DNA of 58,940 nucleotides, the filler included. It is 4 parts of 4 records of this genome, joined end to end, with 100 filler letters (N's around TTAATTAATTAA, not from the genome) between each part and the next. Parts side by side here need not be neighbours in the genome. Positions count along the whole stretch, not along the records: positions 1 to 12,052 come from SRR20825019_255; positions 12,153 to 42,747 come from SRR20825019_258; 2 more parts are not named here. One strand, written 5' to 3'. The notes under the pieces are model-generated. The model searched no databases. It was not told the origin of the DNA and was given only the letters and a program-made list of their open reading frames with translations. The translations under genes were made by a program, and so were the position numbers. This document shows positions 9,672 through 19,573 of the stretch, in pieces. How positions within the stretch are numbered: position 1 is the stretch's first letter; each line of letters starts with the position of its first letter.

Positions 9672-11018
9672 TCATTCGGCCGCGTCAGTGAGGGCGGAAC
9701 CCTTTAGGTCCTGCTCTGGCCGCCCAATACTGACATAGCTGAAACCATGGCGGCGCAGCTCGTGCGGCCTGTAGACATTGCGCAGATCCACGAACACAGG
9801 CATGCGCATTGCCGATTTGAGGCGAGCTAGGTCCAATGAACGAAACTCGTTCCATTCGGTGATCAGCACCACGGCGTCAGCGCCATCGGCAACATCATAG
9901 GCACTGTCGGCGAACTGGACATCTTCCGTCAGCCCGCGCGCCGCCTCCATGCCATGCGGGTCGAACGCGACGATCCTGGCCCCGCGATCTTGCAGGCCGC
10001 GAATGACATCAAGCGACGGCGCTTCGCGCATGTCGTCGGTATTGGGCTTGAAGGTCAGGCCCAGTATTCCGATGGTCCGCCCACGCACATCGCCGCCACA
10101 GGCCGCAACAATCTTTCGCGCCATGCTCCGCTTGCGCTGATCGTTGATCGAGACCGTGGTTTCCACCAGGCGCATGGCACTGCCAAAATCCTGCCCGATC
10201 TTGACCAGCGCCGCCGTGTCCTTGGGAAAGCAAGACCCTCCATAGCCAGGCCCAGCATGGAGGAACTTCGATCCGATACGATTGTCGAGCCCGATGCCGC
10301 GGGCCACCTCCTGCACATTGGCTCCGGTGGCTTCGCACAGATCCGCGACCTCATTAATGAAGGTGATCTTCATCGCCAGAAACGCATTGGCTGCATATTT
10401 GGTCAGCTCGGCCGTCCGGCGGTCAGTGAACAGCAGCGGCGCCTGATTGAGATAGAGCGGGCGATAGACCTCCGTCATCACCTCGCGCGCGCGCTCGTCG
10501 TCGATGCCGATGACAATCCGGTCCGGCCGCTTGAAATCCTCGATAGCCGCGCCTTCGCGCAGGAATTCAGGATTTGAGACCACTGCAACATCGGCCTGCG
10601 GATTGTCGGTCTTTATGATATGGGCAACCTCATCGCCCGTTCCCACAGGAACCGTGGACTTGGTCACAACCACGGTAAAGCCTGACAGAGCCTGCGCGAT
10701 TTCTCGAGTGGCGGCGTAGACATAGCTCAGATCGGCGTGGCCATCTCCGCGCCGACTGGGCGTGCCGACAGCAATAAAAACGACATCTGCCTGGCTGACG
10801 GCGCCGCCGAGATCGGTTGAGAAGGCGAGCCGCCCCGACACGATATTCGCATTGGCCAGTTCCGAAAGTCCGGGCTCATAGATTGGTATTGCACCCTTTT
10901 CGAGGAACGCGATCTTGGCCTGATCCTTGTCGATACAGACGACTTCATGACCAAAATCGGCTAGGCAAACGCCCGTAACGAGCCCCACATAACCTGATCC
11001 CACGACTGCGATTTTCAC
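9672..11018 (-). CDS. ugd: UDP-glucose 6-dehydrogenase
   Basis: GSGYVG, KSTVPVGT, SNPEFLREG, GYGGSCFPKD, FKPNTDD.RE. Confidence 0.96.
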   Translation of the reverse strand: MKIAVVGSGYVGLVTGVCLADFGHEVVCIDKDQAKIAFLEKGAIPIYEPGLSELANANIVSGRLAFSTDLGGAVSQADVVFIAVGTPSRRGDGHADLSYVYAATREIAQALSGFTVVVTKSTVPVGTGDEVAHIIKTDNPQADVAVVSNPEFLREGAAIEDFKRPDRIVIGIDDERAREVMTEVYRPLYLNQAPLLFTDRRTAELTKYAANAFLAMKITFINEVADLCEATGANVQEVARGIGLDNRIGSKFLHAGPGYGGSCFPKDTAALVKIGQDFGSAMRLVETTVSINDQRKRSMARKIVAACGGDVRGRTIGILGLTFKPNTDDMREAPSLDVIRGLQDRGARIVAFDPHGMEAARGLTEDVQFADSAYDVADGADAVVLITEWNEFRSLDLARLKSAMRMPVFVDLRNVYRPHELRRHGFSYVSIGRPEQDLKGSALTDAAE

Positions 11019-11164
11019 AGGGTCATTCTCCGTTCAAGCCTGTCCGGACGCTCTGACTGAATGCTCACTTCGATTCCAGGCCGCCCGCGGCCAGCAAAGC
11101 ACCACTTTCTAATCAGTTCTATGACGTAATACGCACGATCATAGCGAACCAGCATCCACGGGCA

Positions 11165-11596
11165 CTAGTCTGAGTCACCCGGTCGAGAACGCATGCGCTT
11201 GACGACGCTGCGATTGGTCTTCTTGTCCAGTCGACGTTTCTTTGATGCCAGTGTCGGGCGCGTGGCAATTCGCGGCTTGGGCACAAACACGCCCGCGCGC
11301 AGCAAAGCCACCAGGCGTTCAAGAGCATCAGCCCGGTTAAGGGGCTGGTCGCGATGGCTGTTCGCCGTGATGACGATGACACCATCCTTGGTCAGTCGGC
11401 TCCCTGCCAAGCTGGCCACGCGCCGCTTTACCGGCTCTGGCAGGCTGGTATTGGCCGCAAGATTGAAGCGCAACTGTACCGCGCTCGCGACCTTGTTGAC
11501 GTTTTGCCCGCCGGGCCCCGAGGCGCGCACAAAGCTCTCCTCGATCTCCGACGGATCGATACTGAGGGAGCGGGTGATATGAATTGGCTCAGCCAT
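11165..11596 (-). CDS. arfB: Alternative ribosome rescue peptidyl-tRNA hydrolase ArfB
   Basis: RASGPGGQNVNKV motif and basic C-terminal tail (RR...K...S..K..R). Confidence 0.95.
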   Translation of the reverse strand: MAEPIHITRSLSIDPSEIEESFVRASGPGGQNVNKVASAVQLRFNLAANTSLPEPVKRRVASLAGSRLTKDGVIVITANSHRDQPLNRADALERLVALLRAGVFVPKPRIATRPTLASKKRRLDKKTNRSVVKRMRSRPGDSD

Positions 11597-11620
11597 GCCT
11601 CACCCATTCCTTTTTTGTCT

Positions 11621-11845
11621 TCAGCGCTTCGAGCGGCCCGCGAACCAGACTTCCTCGTCATGGATGACGCGACCCTTTTCGGTGGTTCGGAATTTGCCGG
11701 GCTCCACCTCTTCGACCCATTTTTTCTTCAGCATCACGGCGAAAACCTTTTCGCCGATATCCTTGAAGTCATCTGGGCCAAGCACATTGGCCTCGCCCAG
11801 ATGATAGAGCGCCTTCATCTCACGATTGGACGGACGCTGCGGCAT
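11621..11845 (-). CDS. Small hypothetical protein (74 aa), translationally coupled to thrS
   Basis: TGATG stop/start overlap at 11843-11847; protein-like composition. Confidence 0.7.
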   Translation of the reverse strand: MPQRPSNREMKALYHLGEANVLGPDDFKDIGEKVFAVMLKKKWVEEVEPGKFRTTEKGRVIHDEEVWFAGRSKR

Positions 11846-12052
11846 CAGGCGGCCTTTTCAGCGGCGTCCTTGAGATCAGGCGGGGTCGCCTCGGTCATCA
11901 GGGCCACCAGCGCGTCCATGAAGGGCTCGACCTTCTGACCTTCCGTGCCCAGGCGGCGCACCGAGACTGTCCCTTCTTCGGCCTCACGTCGACCAACGAC
12001 AAACATCAGCGGCACCTTCTGCACCGAGTGCTCGCGCACCTTGTAGTTGATC
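11845..12052 (-). CDS. thrS: Threonine--tRNA ligase, C-terminal anticodon-binding end (partial, contig edge)
   Basis: [35 protein letters not shown]. Confidence 0.92.
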
Positions 12053-12152
12053 NNNNNNNNNNNNNNNNNNNNNNNNNNNNNNNNNNNNNNNNNNNNTTAA
12101 TTAATTAANNNNNNNNNNNNNNNNNNNNNNNNNNNNNNNNNNNNNNNNNNNN
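12053..12152. other. Artificial contig spacer
   Basis: N44-TTAATTAATTAA-N44; stop codons in all six frames. Confidence 0.98.
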
Positions 12153-12705
12153 CAAGATCGATGTCGACGGCAACAAGGTCGGTGACAATCCCTACGGCGT
12201 GAATCCGGCCGGTTTTACCATTCACTCCGCCATCCACCGGGCGCGCCACGATGCGGCCTGGGTGATGCACACGCATTCACGTGCAGGCGTGGCAGTTTCC
12301 TGCATGGAGGAGGGGCTCTTGCCGCTCAACCAGATTGCGCTGCAATTCTATGATCGCGTATCCTATCATGATTTCGAAGGTATCGCGACGAACCTTGAGG
12401 AGCGTGATCGGATCGTGGCGAGCATGGGCGATAATCCGGCGCTGATCTTGCGCAACCACGGGCTTTTGACCACCGGGGCAACGGCGGCGCAGATGTTCAA
12501 CAACATGTTCTACCTGGAGCGGTCCTGTGAAATTCAGGTGGCCGCACTGTCGATGGGCCAGCCACTGCGCCCCGTCGCCGATGATTTGGCCCGTCATGTG
12601 GCCCGGCAATATATCGAAAGCATGGGGGACGATGACGATGTGGCGCTGGAATGGGCCGCGCATCTGCGTCTTCTCGAAGAAGAGCATCCAGACTACAAAG
12701 ACTGA
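12153..12705 (+). CDS. Class II aldolase/adducin family protein (5' partial)
   Basis: GFTIHSAIH, VMHTHS, LILRNHGLLT, LERSC. Confidence 0.9.
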
Positions 12706-12720
12706 AACCAACCTTATCAG

Positions 12721-12749
12721 GAAAGGGCAGCTTTCAGGGCTGCCCTTTC
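12721..12749. terminator. Hairpin between convergent genes
   Basis: GAAAGGGCAGCT-TTCAG-GGCTGCCCTTTC. Confidence 0.75.
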
Positions 12750-12765
12750 CGTTCTTCGATCAGCG

Positions 12766-13596
12766 TCAGCGTCCTGTTGGCATCTGACCTTCAAGCCAGC
12801 GCAGGGATAAAATCAATACACCGCTGAGGCAAAGGTAAACCGCCACGAGAAAAAGCACCGGTTCATAGGTCAACAACGTTGCCTGGCGTACCCGGGTGAT
12901 GACTGCATAAAGATCCGTGACGGTGATGGTGGCCACCAGGGGGGTGGATTTAAGCTGAAGAATGATTTCGCCGGCCAGTGTCGGTAAAGCCCGGTAAAGG
13001 GCACGCGGGAACCAAACCCGGCGAAACACAAGCCAGCGTGACATGCCAAAGGCTCGCGCCGATTCCAGCTCGCCGTAAGGCACGCCTGTGAAGGCGCCGC
13101 GCATCACCTCGCCCTGATAGGCGGCAAAAGACAAGGTCAGCGCCAGAAAGCCGTAGGGCCAGCCCTGGCGCAGATAGGGCCATACCCACATCTCGCGAAT
13201 TTCCGGGAACTGGGCAAAAAGCGAGCCGAGGCCAAAGTAAAGCAGCCACAATTGCAACAACAGCGGTGTGCCACGGATAAGCGTGCAGAAGCCACGGGAA
13301 AGCCAGCGCAACGGGGCAGGGCCCATCACCTGAAACAGCGCCAGTGGCAGGGCCAGAAGAAAGCCGATCACCACGCTGCCGACCAACATGAAAAGCGTGA
13401 CCAGAAGCCCACCCCAAAGCCGGGGCAGATAGGCTGGAAGCCAGCTCCAGTTCATCATCGTGACCACCGCGAAAAGACCGACAAGGGCAATCCCCGCCAT
13501 GATCAGCCGATGCGGCGCCAACAGGGCTTTGAGCATTTTTCCGATTTGCCGCGCTGTCGCGGGTTCGATCGGGGAAACTGTATCAAAATCTGGCAT
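12766..13596 (-). CDS. Polar amino-acid ABC transporter permease (HisM-like)
   Basis: IRGTPLLLQL, AAYQGEVMRGA...VPYGELESARAFGM. Confidence 0.93.
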   Translation of the reverse strand: MPDFDTVSPIEPATARQIGKMLKALLAPHRLIMAGIALVGLFAVVTMMNWSWLPAYLPRLWGGLLVTLFMLVGSVVIGFLLALPLALFQVMGPAPLRWLSRGFCTLIRGTPLLLQLWLLYFGLGSLFAQFPEIREMWVWPYLRQGWPYGFLALTLSFAAYQGEVMRGAFTGVPYGELESARAFGMSRWLVFRRVWFPRALYRALPTLAGEIILQLKSTPLVATITVTDLYAVITRVRQATLLTYEPVLFLVAVYLCLSGVLILSLRWLEGQMPTGR

Positions 13597-13608
13597 GTCC
13601 TGTCCCCC

Positions 13609-14328
13609 TTACCGTGCCTGAACCATGCCGCGCCGGGCACGTTTTTCATACCAGCGCAGGATGACATTCGAAGCGAGTGTAAGGATCAGGTAGAGCGCGC
13701 CCGCGGCGAAAAAGAACAGGAAATATGCGCGTGTTGCTGCCGCCGCCTGCCGCGTTACCAGTGTCAATTCGCTAAATCCGATCACCGCCAGAAGCGCTGT
13801 ATCCTTGGTCGCAATCATCCACAGATTGGCCATGCCGGGGATTGCATGGGGCGTCATTGCCGGGATTGTCACCCGGCGCATGACCTTGAATGGTTTCATA
13901 CCGAAGGCGTGGGCCGCTTCGATCTGGCCATACGGAACGGCTTGAATGGCACCGCGAATGACTTCCGTGGCATAGCCGCCCTGCACCAGACCAATAACCA
14001 GAATACCTGCCAGAAGCCCGTTCACATCAAAACCCGCAAAGCCCATGGCCTGAGCTGCCCGGTTCATCAGATCCGTGCCGGCATAGTAAAACAACAGCAT
14101 CAAGACGAGTTCCGGCACGGCGCGAATGACCATCGTGTAGATTTCCGCAATATCACGCAGAACCCGGCCGCCGTAGAGTTTCGCACTGGCGCCGAAGATG
14201 CCGATCAGAATGCCCATTGCATATCCGCCCGCTGCAAGCTCCACAGAACGCAGGAACCCGCGCAACAGCGCCCCGCCCCAGCCGGGGGAGTTGAACGCCA
14301 AAAGGCTGAAGTCAATTGAATCGAACAT
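13609..14328 (-). CDS. Polar amino-acid ABC transporter permease (HisQ-like)
   Basis: RAVPELV, YATEVIRGAIQAVPYGQIEAA.AFGM, KDTAL. Confidence 0.93.
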   Translation of the reverse strand: MFDSIDFSLLAFNSPGWGGALLRGFLRSVELAAGGYAMGILIGIFGASAKLYGGRVLRDIAEIYTMVIRAVPELVLMLLFYYAGTDLMNRAAQAMGFAGFDVNGLLAGILVIGLVQGGYATEVIRGAIQAVPYGQIEAAHAFGMKPFKVMRRVTIPAMTPHAIPGMANLWMIATKDTALLAVIGFSELTLVTRQAAAATRAYFLFFFAAGALYLILTLASNVILRWYEKRARRGMVQAR

Positions 14329-14354
14329 CGGGAGCGGAATCCTCTTTGTTATTC

Positions 14355-14383
14355 AAAAAAAAGGCCACCCGCATGGGATGGCC
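14355..14383 (-). terminator. Hairpin plus U-tract after the binding-protein gene (attenuator/stabiliser)
   Basis: AAAAAAAA-GGCCACCC-GCAT-GGGATGGCC on the plus strand. Confidence 0.55.
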
Positions 14384-14392
14384 CGAAACGGC

Positions 14393-15166
14393 TTACTCGC
14401 CGTAAATATCCACCGTGAAATAGGGCTTCGAAATCTCTTCATAGGTGCCGTCCGCACGGATTTCGGCAATCGCTGCATTGACCTTTTTCAACAGCTCGGT
14501 ATCGTCCTTGCGCAGTCCCACGCCAACGCCATAACCCAGTACTTCGGGGTCAGAGACGACCGTACCCTTGTATTCGCAGCAGGTCTGTCCCAGTTCGGAA
14601 TTGATGAAGGGTTCCATCGCAAGAGCGTCCCCGACGACCGCATCAAGGCGACCGGCTGCCAGATCCTGCAATTCTTCGTCGAGTGTCTGGTAAATACGGA
14701 TATCGGCGGCAGTGTCTGCATAATATTTATTGGCGTAGGTTTCCTGAATGGCGCCGGATTGTGCCCCGATAATTGCACCTTCAACGCCCTCGGGCGTCGG
14801 GGTGATGTCGGCACCTTTCAGCGTGACCAGACCGGTCGGCGCATCATAATACTTGTCAGAGAATGCGATTTGTTCAGCGCGGGCGGGTGTGATCGACATT
14901 GAGCCCATGATCATGTCGATCTTGCCGGTGTTGAGTGCTGGAATAATGCCCTCCCAGGCGATCGGCGTGACTTCGCATTCGGTTTCAAGCCGGTCGCAGA
15001 GGGCGTTGATGAAATCAACTTCCCATCCGCTCCAGTTGCCGTCGGAATCAGGTGTGTAGAACGGCGGATAAGGTTCGGCGGAAACGCCGACCTTGTAGGT
15101 TTCTGCCAGAACCGGCGTGGCAAGTGTGACAGAGGCGAGCAGGCATAGGCTGAGTGTGCGGATCAT
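14393..15166 (-). CDS. Polar amino-acid ABC substrate-binding protein (family 3, ArgT/HisJ-like)
   Basis: Signal peptide from MIRTLSL, YPPF, WEGIIPALNTGKID, SMSITPAR. Confidence 0.93.
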   Translation of the reverse strand: MIRTLSLCLLASVTLATPVLAETYKVGVSAEPYPPFYTPDSDGNWSGWEVDFINALCDRLETECEVTPIAWEGIIPALNTGKIDMIMGSMSITPARAEQIAFSDKYYDAPTGLVTLKGADITPTPEGVEGAIIGAQSGAIQETYANKYYADTAADIRIYQTLDEELQDLAAGRLDAVVGDALAMEPFINSELGQTCCEYKGTVVSDPEVLGYGVGVGLRKDDTELLKKVNAAIAEIRADGTYEEISKPYFTVDIYGE

Positions 15167-15203
15167 GAGGTGTCCTTTATTGGTTGGGGGGTATTGAACG
15201 GCC

Positions 15204-15974
15204 TTAGACGACCGAACTGATGAACTGTTGCAAATGAGGCGATTGCGGGTTGCCGAAAACCTGTTCGGGCGGGCCCTGTTCCTCGATCTCTCCGTCGCGC
15301 AGGTAGACCACATAGGTCGCGACATCGCGGGCAAAGGCCATTTCGTGGGTGACAAGAACCATGGTGCGTTTTTCCTCGGCCAGATCACGGATCACCGTGA
15401 GCACCTCGCCCACCAGTTCCGGATCGAGCGCCGAAGTCGGTTCGTCAAACAGCATGGCCAGCGGGTCAACCGCCAGCACACGCGCAATCGCGGTACGTTG
15501 CTGTTGTCCGCCCGAGGTGTAGGCGGGATAAACATCCTCTTTTTCGGCCATACCAACGCGGGCCAAAACGTCACGTGCCCTTGCGATTGCCGCGTCGCGC
15601 GGCATACCAAGCACATGGATCGGAACTTCGATGACATTTTCAAGCACCGTGCGATGCGGCCAGAGATTGAAATTCTGAAACACCATGCCAAGCTGGGCGC
15701 GAATGCGCTGAACCTGTGACCGGTCTGCCGGCTCCTGTCCGCCGTTGCGGGCCGGGCGCATTCTGTAGGCCTCGCCCTGAATCGAGATCTCGCCTTGTGT
15801 GGGTGTCTCAAGCATGTTGATACAACGCAACATGGTCGATTTACCCGACCCCGACCCGCCGATCACCGCCACGACATCACCCGGCCGCGCCGTCAGTGAA
15901 ACGCCTTTCAGTACCTCCAGCTCGCCGAAAGTCTTGTGCAGGTCGCGGATTTCGATCGCAGGTTTTACATCCAT
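15204..15974 (-). CDS. Polar amino-acid ABC ATP-binding protein (HisP-like)
   Basis: GGSGSGKST, SGGQQQR, FDEPTSALDPELVGEVL, VTHEM. Confidence 0.95.
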   Translation of the reverse strand: MDVKPAIEIRDLHKTFGELEVLKGVSLTARPGDVVAVIGGSGSGKSTMLRCINMLETPTQGEISIQGEAYRMRPARNGGQEPADRSQVQRIRAQLGMVFQNFNLWPHRTVLENVIEVPIHVLGMPRDAAIARARDVLARVGMAEKEDVYPAYTSGGQQQRTAIARVLAVDPLAMLFDEPTSALDPELVGEVLTVIRDLAEEKRTMVLVTHEMAFARDVATYVVYLRDGEIEEQGPPEQVFGNPQSPHLQQFISSVV

Positions 15975-16256
15975 ATCATCTCCTCTAAACACCACAATCG
16001 AATGAGCGTTTGGTGTTCGGATCTCTTGCAATTTTTTATTTATTGTACGAGTGTAAAACAAATTTAATCCGAAGTGTCAAAGGTCCCCCGTGGATAATTG
16101 TCTTTTGATAGGTCTCTACGCTCATATGTCCGAGCAGAATGCAGATGGTAAAAAATCACCTCAGATCGCTACCCGGCGCGCCCAGGCCGGCTCTGTTTCC
16201 GGCGCTGCATTCATGAGCAAGGTCAACAGACATAACGCGTTCGACAGGAGCGGTTC

Positions 16257-16934
16257 ATGACCCGCAAAGTGTTTCAAAGATTGTCTGAGGACGCCCGACG
16301 CACCAGCCTTATCGAGGCGACGCTGGACTGTGTGGCACGTGAGGGATTGCACGGAGCCAGTGTGCGGCGCATCGCGGAAAAGGCAGGGGTTTCCGCCGGA
16401 TTGATCCGGCACTATTTCCCCTCCAAGGATGCCATGCTGCGTGCTTCCTACGCCTATCTGATCGGGCAGCTTACAGGCGATGCCGCACGGTATGTCGATA
16501 AAGCGGCAGATCGGGCCGGGCCGGATGCGCCTGATGCTGCCCTTGCGCGATTTGTGGCCGCAAATGTTTCGAAGCCCAATCTCTCGGCGCTCAAGGTCTC
16601 GCTCTGGGCTACATTCATCGGGCGGGTGCGTGCCGATCCGGCCTTTGCCGACATTCACCGCGAGAGCTACCGCGAGTTTCTCGACATTCTTGAAGGACTG
16701 ATTCACCCGCTCCTTATGGCGCATGACCGGCCCTCGGACCCGGCAAGCTGTCAACGTCTTGCTGTCGCCGTCAACGGTCTTATCGACGGGCTCTGGCTTG
16801 AGGGATCGCTGGAACATGGTCTCTACAACCCCAACCGACTGCCTGGCATTGCACTGAACGCGGTGGAGGGCATTCTCAACCTGCCACACACGACATTGAC
16901 GCGCCATCTGGCGCCTCAGGATACAAGGATATGA
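16257..16934 (+). CDS. TetR-family (BetI-like) transcriptional regulator
   Basis: N-terminal HTH ASVRRIAEKAGVSAGLIRHYFPSK; C-terminal LIDGLWLE. Confidence 0.92.
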   Translation: MTRKVFQRLSEDARRTSLIEATLDCVAREGLHGASVRRIAEKAGVSAGLIRHYFPSKDAMLRASYAYLIGQLTGDAARYVDKAADRAGPDAPDAALARFVAANVSKPNLSALKVSLWATFIGRVRADPAFADIHRESYREFLDILEGLIHPLLMAHDRPSDPASCQRLAVAVNGLIDGLWLEGSLEHGLYNPNRLPGIALNAVEGILNLPHTTLTRHLAPQDTRI

Positions 16935-18127
16935 CATTGCGCTACGCCACAATCACCGACCGTCTCTATGATCTTGGCGGAGACAAATGGGCCATACACA
17001 ACGCCGCGCGCGAAAAATCAGTTGCGGGCGAAACCGTCATTGAACTGACCATCGGGGAGCCGGACATCACCACCGATCCGGCCCTTGTCGAAGAATGTGT
17101 AAAAGCGCTTCGCGCCGGGCGCACACGCTATTCCAATGGTCGCGGGGAGGCCAACCTTATCGAGGCCCTGATCCAGACCTACGCGCCGCGAATGCCGGGC
17201 ATCACTGTCGAAAATATTCTCTGCTTTCCCGGAACCCAGACTGCCCTTTTTGCGGTGATTCTGGCGCTGGCGGAAAAAGGCAATGGTGTGCTGATCGGCG
17301 ATCCCTATTACGCCACCTATGAAGGGGTGGTCGAGGCGACCGGTGCGCATGTCCAGACGGTGCCGCTCAAGATGGCACATGGATTTGTGATGCAGCCGGA
17401 CGATCTTGAAGCCGCGATTACACCGGAAAGCCGTGTGCTTCTGCTCAACACGCCGCATAATCCGACAGGTGCATTGCTGGATCACGATACGCTTGCCAAG
17501 CTTGGCGAGGTCTGTATCAGGCATGATCTCTGGATCGTCTGTGATGAGGTCTATGAGGAGCTGATTTTCGAAGGGAGCTTTGCCTCACCACTCGAAAATG
17601 CCGATCTGCGGGACCGTACGATTGTGGTTTCCTCAATCTCCAAAAGTCATGCGGCAACAGGGTTTCGCAGCGGCTGGTCGATTGGCCCGGCGGCCTTTTC
17701 GCGCCGCCTTCTGCCAATTTCCGAATCCATGCTTTTCGGCAATCAGCCCTTTATCGCTGACATGACTGAAGCCGCGCTGCTTGGCGAATACGATACCGCC
17801 GCGCGGTTGCGCAGCGCGCTTGGACGCCGTGCGCGCCTGGTTTGCGAGGCTGTAGAGGATATCCCGGCGCTTTCGGCAACTGTTCCGCAGGGTGGCATGT
17901 TTCTGATGATCGATGTGGCAGGCACCGGCATGGATGGCGATCTTTTTGCATCACGGCTTTTGCACGAGCATAACGTCGCGGTTATGCCGGGCAGTTCCTT
18001 CGGTAATACGGCAAAGACCCTGATCCGCGTCGCGCTGACCGTGCCGGATGAGCTTCTGATGGAAGCAATGGCACGCATGGCGAGATTGTGTGAAACAGAA
18101 CAGGAAAAAACGGAGCGTTTTGCATGA
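16931..18127 (+). CDS. PLP-dependent class I aminotransferase (AruH arginine:pyruvate transaminase-like)
   Basis: GEPD, LNTPHNPTG, DEVY, SISKSHAATGFRSGW; N-terminal W.IH..A pattern like AruH. Confidence 0.88.
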   Translation: MTLRYATITDRLYDLGGDKWAIHNAAREKSVAGETVIELTIGEPDITTDPALVEECVKALRAGRTRYSNGRGEANLIEALIQTYAPRMPGITVENILCFPGTQTALFAVILALAEKGNGVLIGDPYYATYEGVVEATGAHVQTVPLKMAHGFVMQPDDLEAAITPESRVLLLNTPHNPTGALLDHDTLAKLGEVCIRHDLWIVCDEVYEELIFEGSFASPLENADLRDRTIVVSSISKSHAATGFRSGWSIGPAAFSRRLLPISESMLFGNQPFIADMTEAALLGEYDTAARLRSALGRRARLVCEAVEDIPALSATVPQGGMFLMIDVAGTGMDGDLFASRLLHEHNVAVMPGSSFGNTAKTLIRVALTVPDELLMEAMARMARLCETEQEKTERFA

Positions 18128-19470
18128 TCCCTTTTCCGATTTCGGAGGCCCAGCCGATGGAATGGCCGGGGCCAATACCAACCCATGCGGATGTGGTGGT
18201 CATTGGCGGCGGTGTCCTTGGCGTTACAGCTTCGATCTTTCTCGCGCGAAAAGGGTTGCGCGTTACGCTTTTGGAAAAGGGGCGGATCGCCGGTGAGCAA
18301 TCCTCACGCAATTGGGGGTGGATCCGCCAGCAGGGTCGCGCTGCGGAAGAGTTGCCGATTTCCGCCGAATCCGGGGCGTTGTGGAGAAAGCTTTCGAATG
18401 AGGTCGGGGAGGATATCGGCCTGTCTGCGGGCGGAGTGACCTATCTTGCCCGCACAAGAAAGGACATGGAAGAATTCGAAGACTGGTTTGCCATTGCACA
18501 GGCGCATGGCGTGGATACGCACCTGATGAGCCGTGCAAAGGCAGAAAGTCTGATTCCCAATATGAAAGCGCCCGTTCTGGGCGCGATGGAAACACCATCG
18601 GATATGCGCGCCGAACCCTGGAAGGCCGTACCGGCGCTGGCGCGTCTTGCCGCCCGCGAAGGTGTTACCATCGTGGAAAACTGCGCCGTGCGCAAACTTG
18701 ATGTTGCGGCTGGCCGGATTGCAGGCGTCGTGAGCGAACAGGGGCGCATCGCCGCCCCGGAGGTGCTTTTGACCGGGGGTGCATGGTCGTCATTGTTGTT
18801 GCGGCAGAGTGGTATCTCAATCCCGCAACTGACGGTGCGCGGCACTGTTGCGGCCACCGAACCGCTGGCTGAAGTCTATGGCGGTGCGGCGATTGATGTC
18901 CGAATCGCCTTTCGCCGCCGCCAGGATGGCGGCTACACACTTGGTCCCGCAGGATTTCACGAATTATTTGTTGGTCCTGATGCGTTTCGGCACTTGCGCA
19001 AGTATCTGCCTGCTCTGCGTGCCGATCCCTTTGGTACCAGTTTCAGACCCGCTGCACCCAAAGGTTTCCCGGATGCATGGTCGACGCCGCGCCGGTTCAG
19101 CGCCGATACGGTGTCGCCGTTCGAGCGGATGCGCGTGCTGAATCCTGAACCCAACATCAAGGCGGTCCGGAAAATGGCAGAGAATTTCTCCGCGCTGTTC
19201 CCGCATCTGGGGGAGGTCAGATTGCGTGCGGCCTGGGCAGGCATGATCGATGCAATGCCGGATGTGGTGCCGATCGTGGACCGTTGCCCTGTGCTTGAAG
19301 GTCTGACCATTGGTACCGGCATGTCAGCGCATGGCTTCGGGATCGGTCCCGGTTTTGGCCGGGTGCTTGCCGCGCTCGTGACATCGGAGCCCCCTGGCCA
19401 CGACCTTGCCCGGTTCCGGTTCTCGCGCTTTGATGACGGCAGCCCGATTATACCCGGTCCCGCCCTTTGA
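18124..19470 (+). CDS. FAD-dependent D-amino-acid oxidase/deaminase family oxidoreductase
   Basis: GGGVLG, EQSSRNWGWIRQQGR, WAGMID.MPD, GMSAHGFGIGPG. Confidence 0.9.
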   Translation: MIPFPISEAQPMEWPGPIPTHADVVVIGGGVLGVTASIFLARKGLRVTLLEKGRIAGEQSSRNWGWIRQQGRAAEELPISAESGALWRKLSNEVGEDIGLSAGGVTYLARTRKDMEEFEDWFAIAQAHGVDTHLMSRAKAESLIPNMKAPVLGAMETPSDMRAEPWKAVPALARLAAREGVTIVENCAVRKLDVAAGRIAGVVSEQGRIAAPEVLLTGGAWSSLLLRQSGISIPQLTVRGTVAATEPLAEVYGGAAIDVRIAFRRRQDGGYTLGPAGFHELFVGPDAFRHLRKYLPALRADPFGTSFRPAAPKGFPDAWSTPRRFSADTVSPFERMRVLNPEPNIKAVRKMAENFSALFPHLGEVRLRAAWAGMIDAMPDVVPIVDRCPVLEGLTIGTGMSAHGFGIGPGFGRVLAALVTSEPPGHDLARFRFSRFDDGSPIIPGPAL

Positions 19471-19573
19471 ACCTATCCCGGACGGCCCCGGTGGCAGAGA
19501 CGACTTGCCCGGTATGTGTCGGGAATTGCACACGGCCATGACCGGGCACAGGCAGGCTGCTTCACGGGCAATG

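Noticed and set aside
12097-12108. TTAATTAATTAA as a biological motif (also at 42792 and near 49847)
   Set aside because: Embedded in N-runs; an all-frame-stop assembly linker.
15505-15525. ABC signature TSGGQ instead of LSGGQ
   Set aside because: Single substitution at a tolerant position; all other ATPase motifs are intact.
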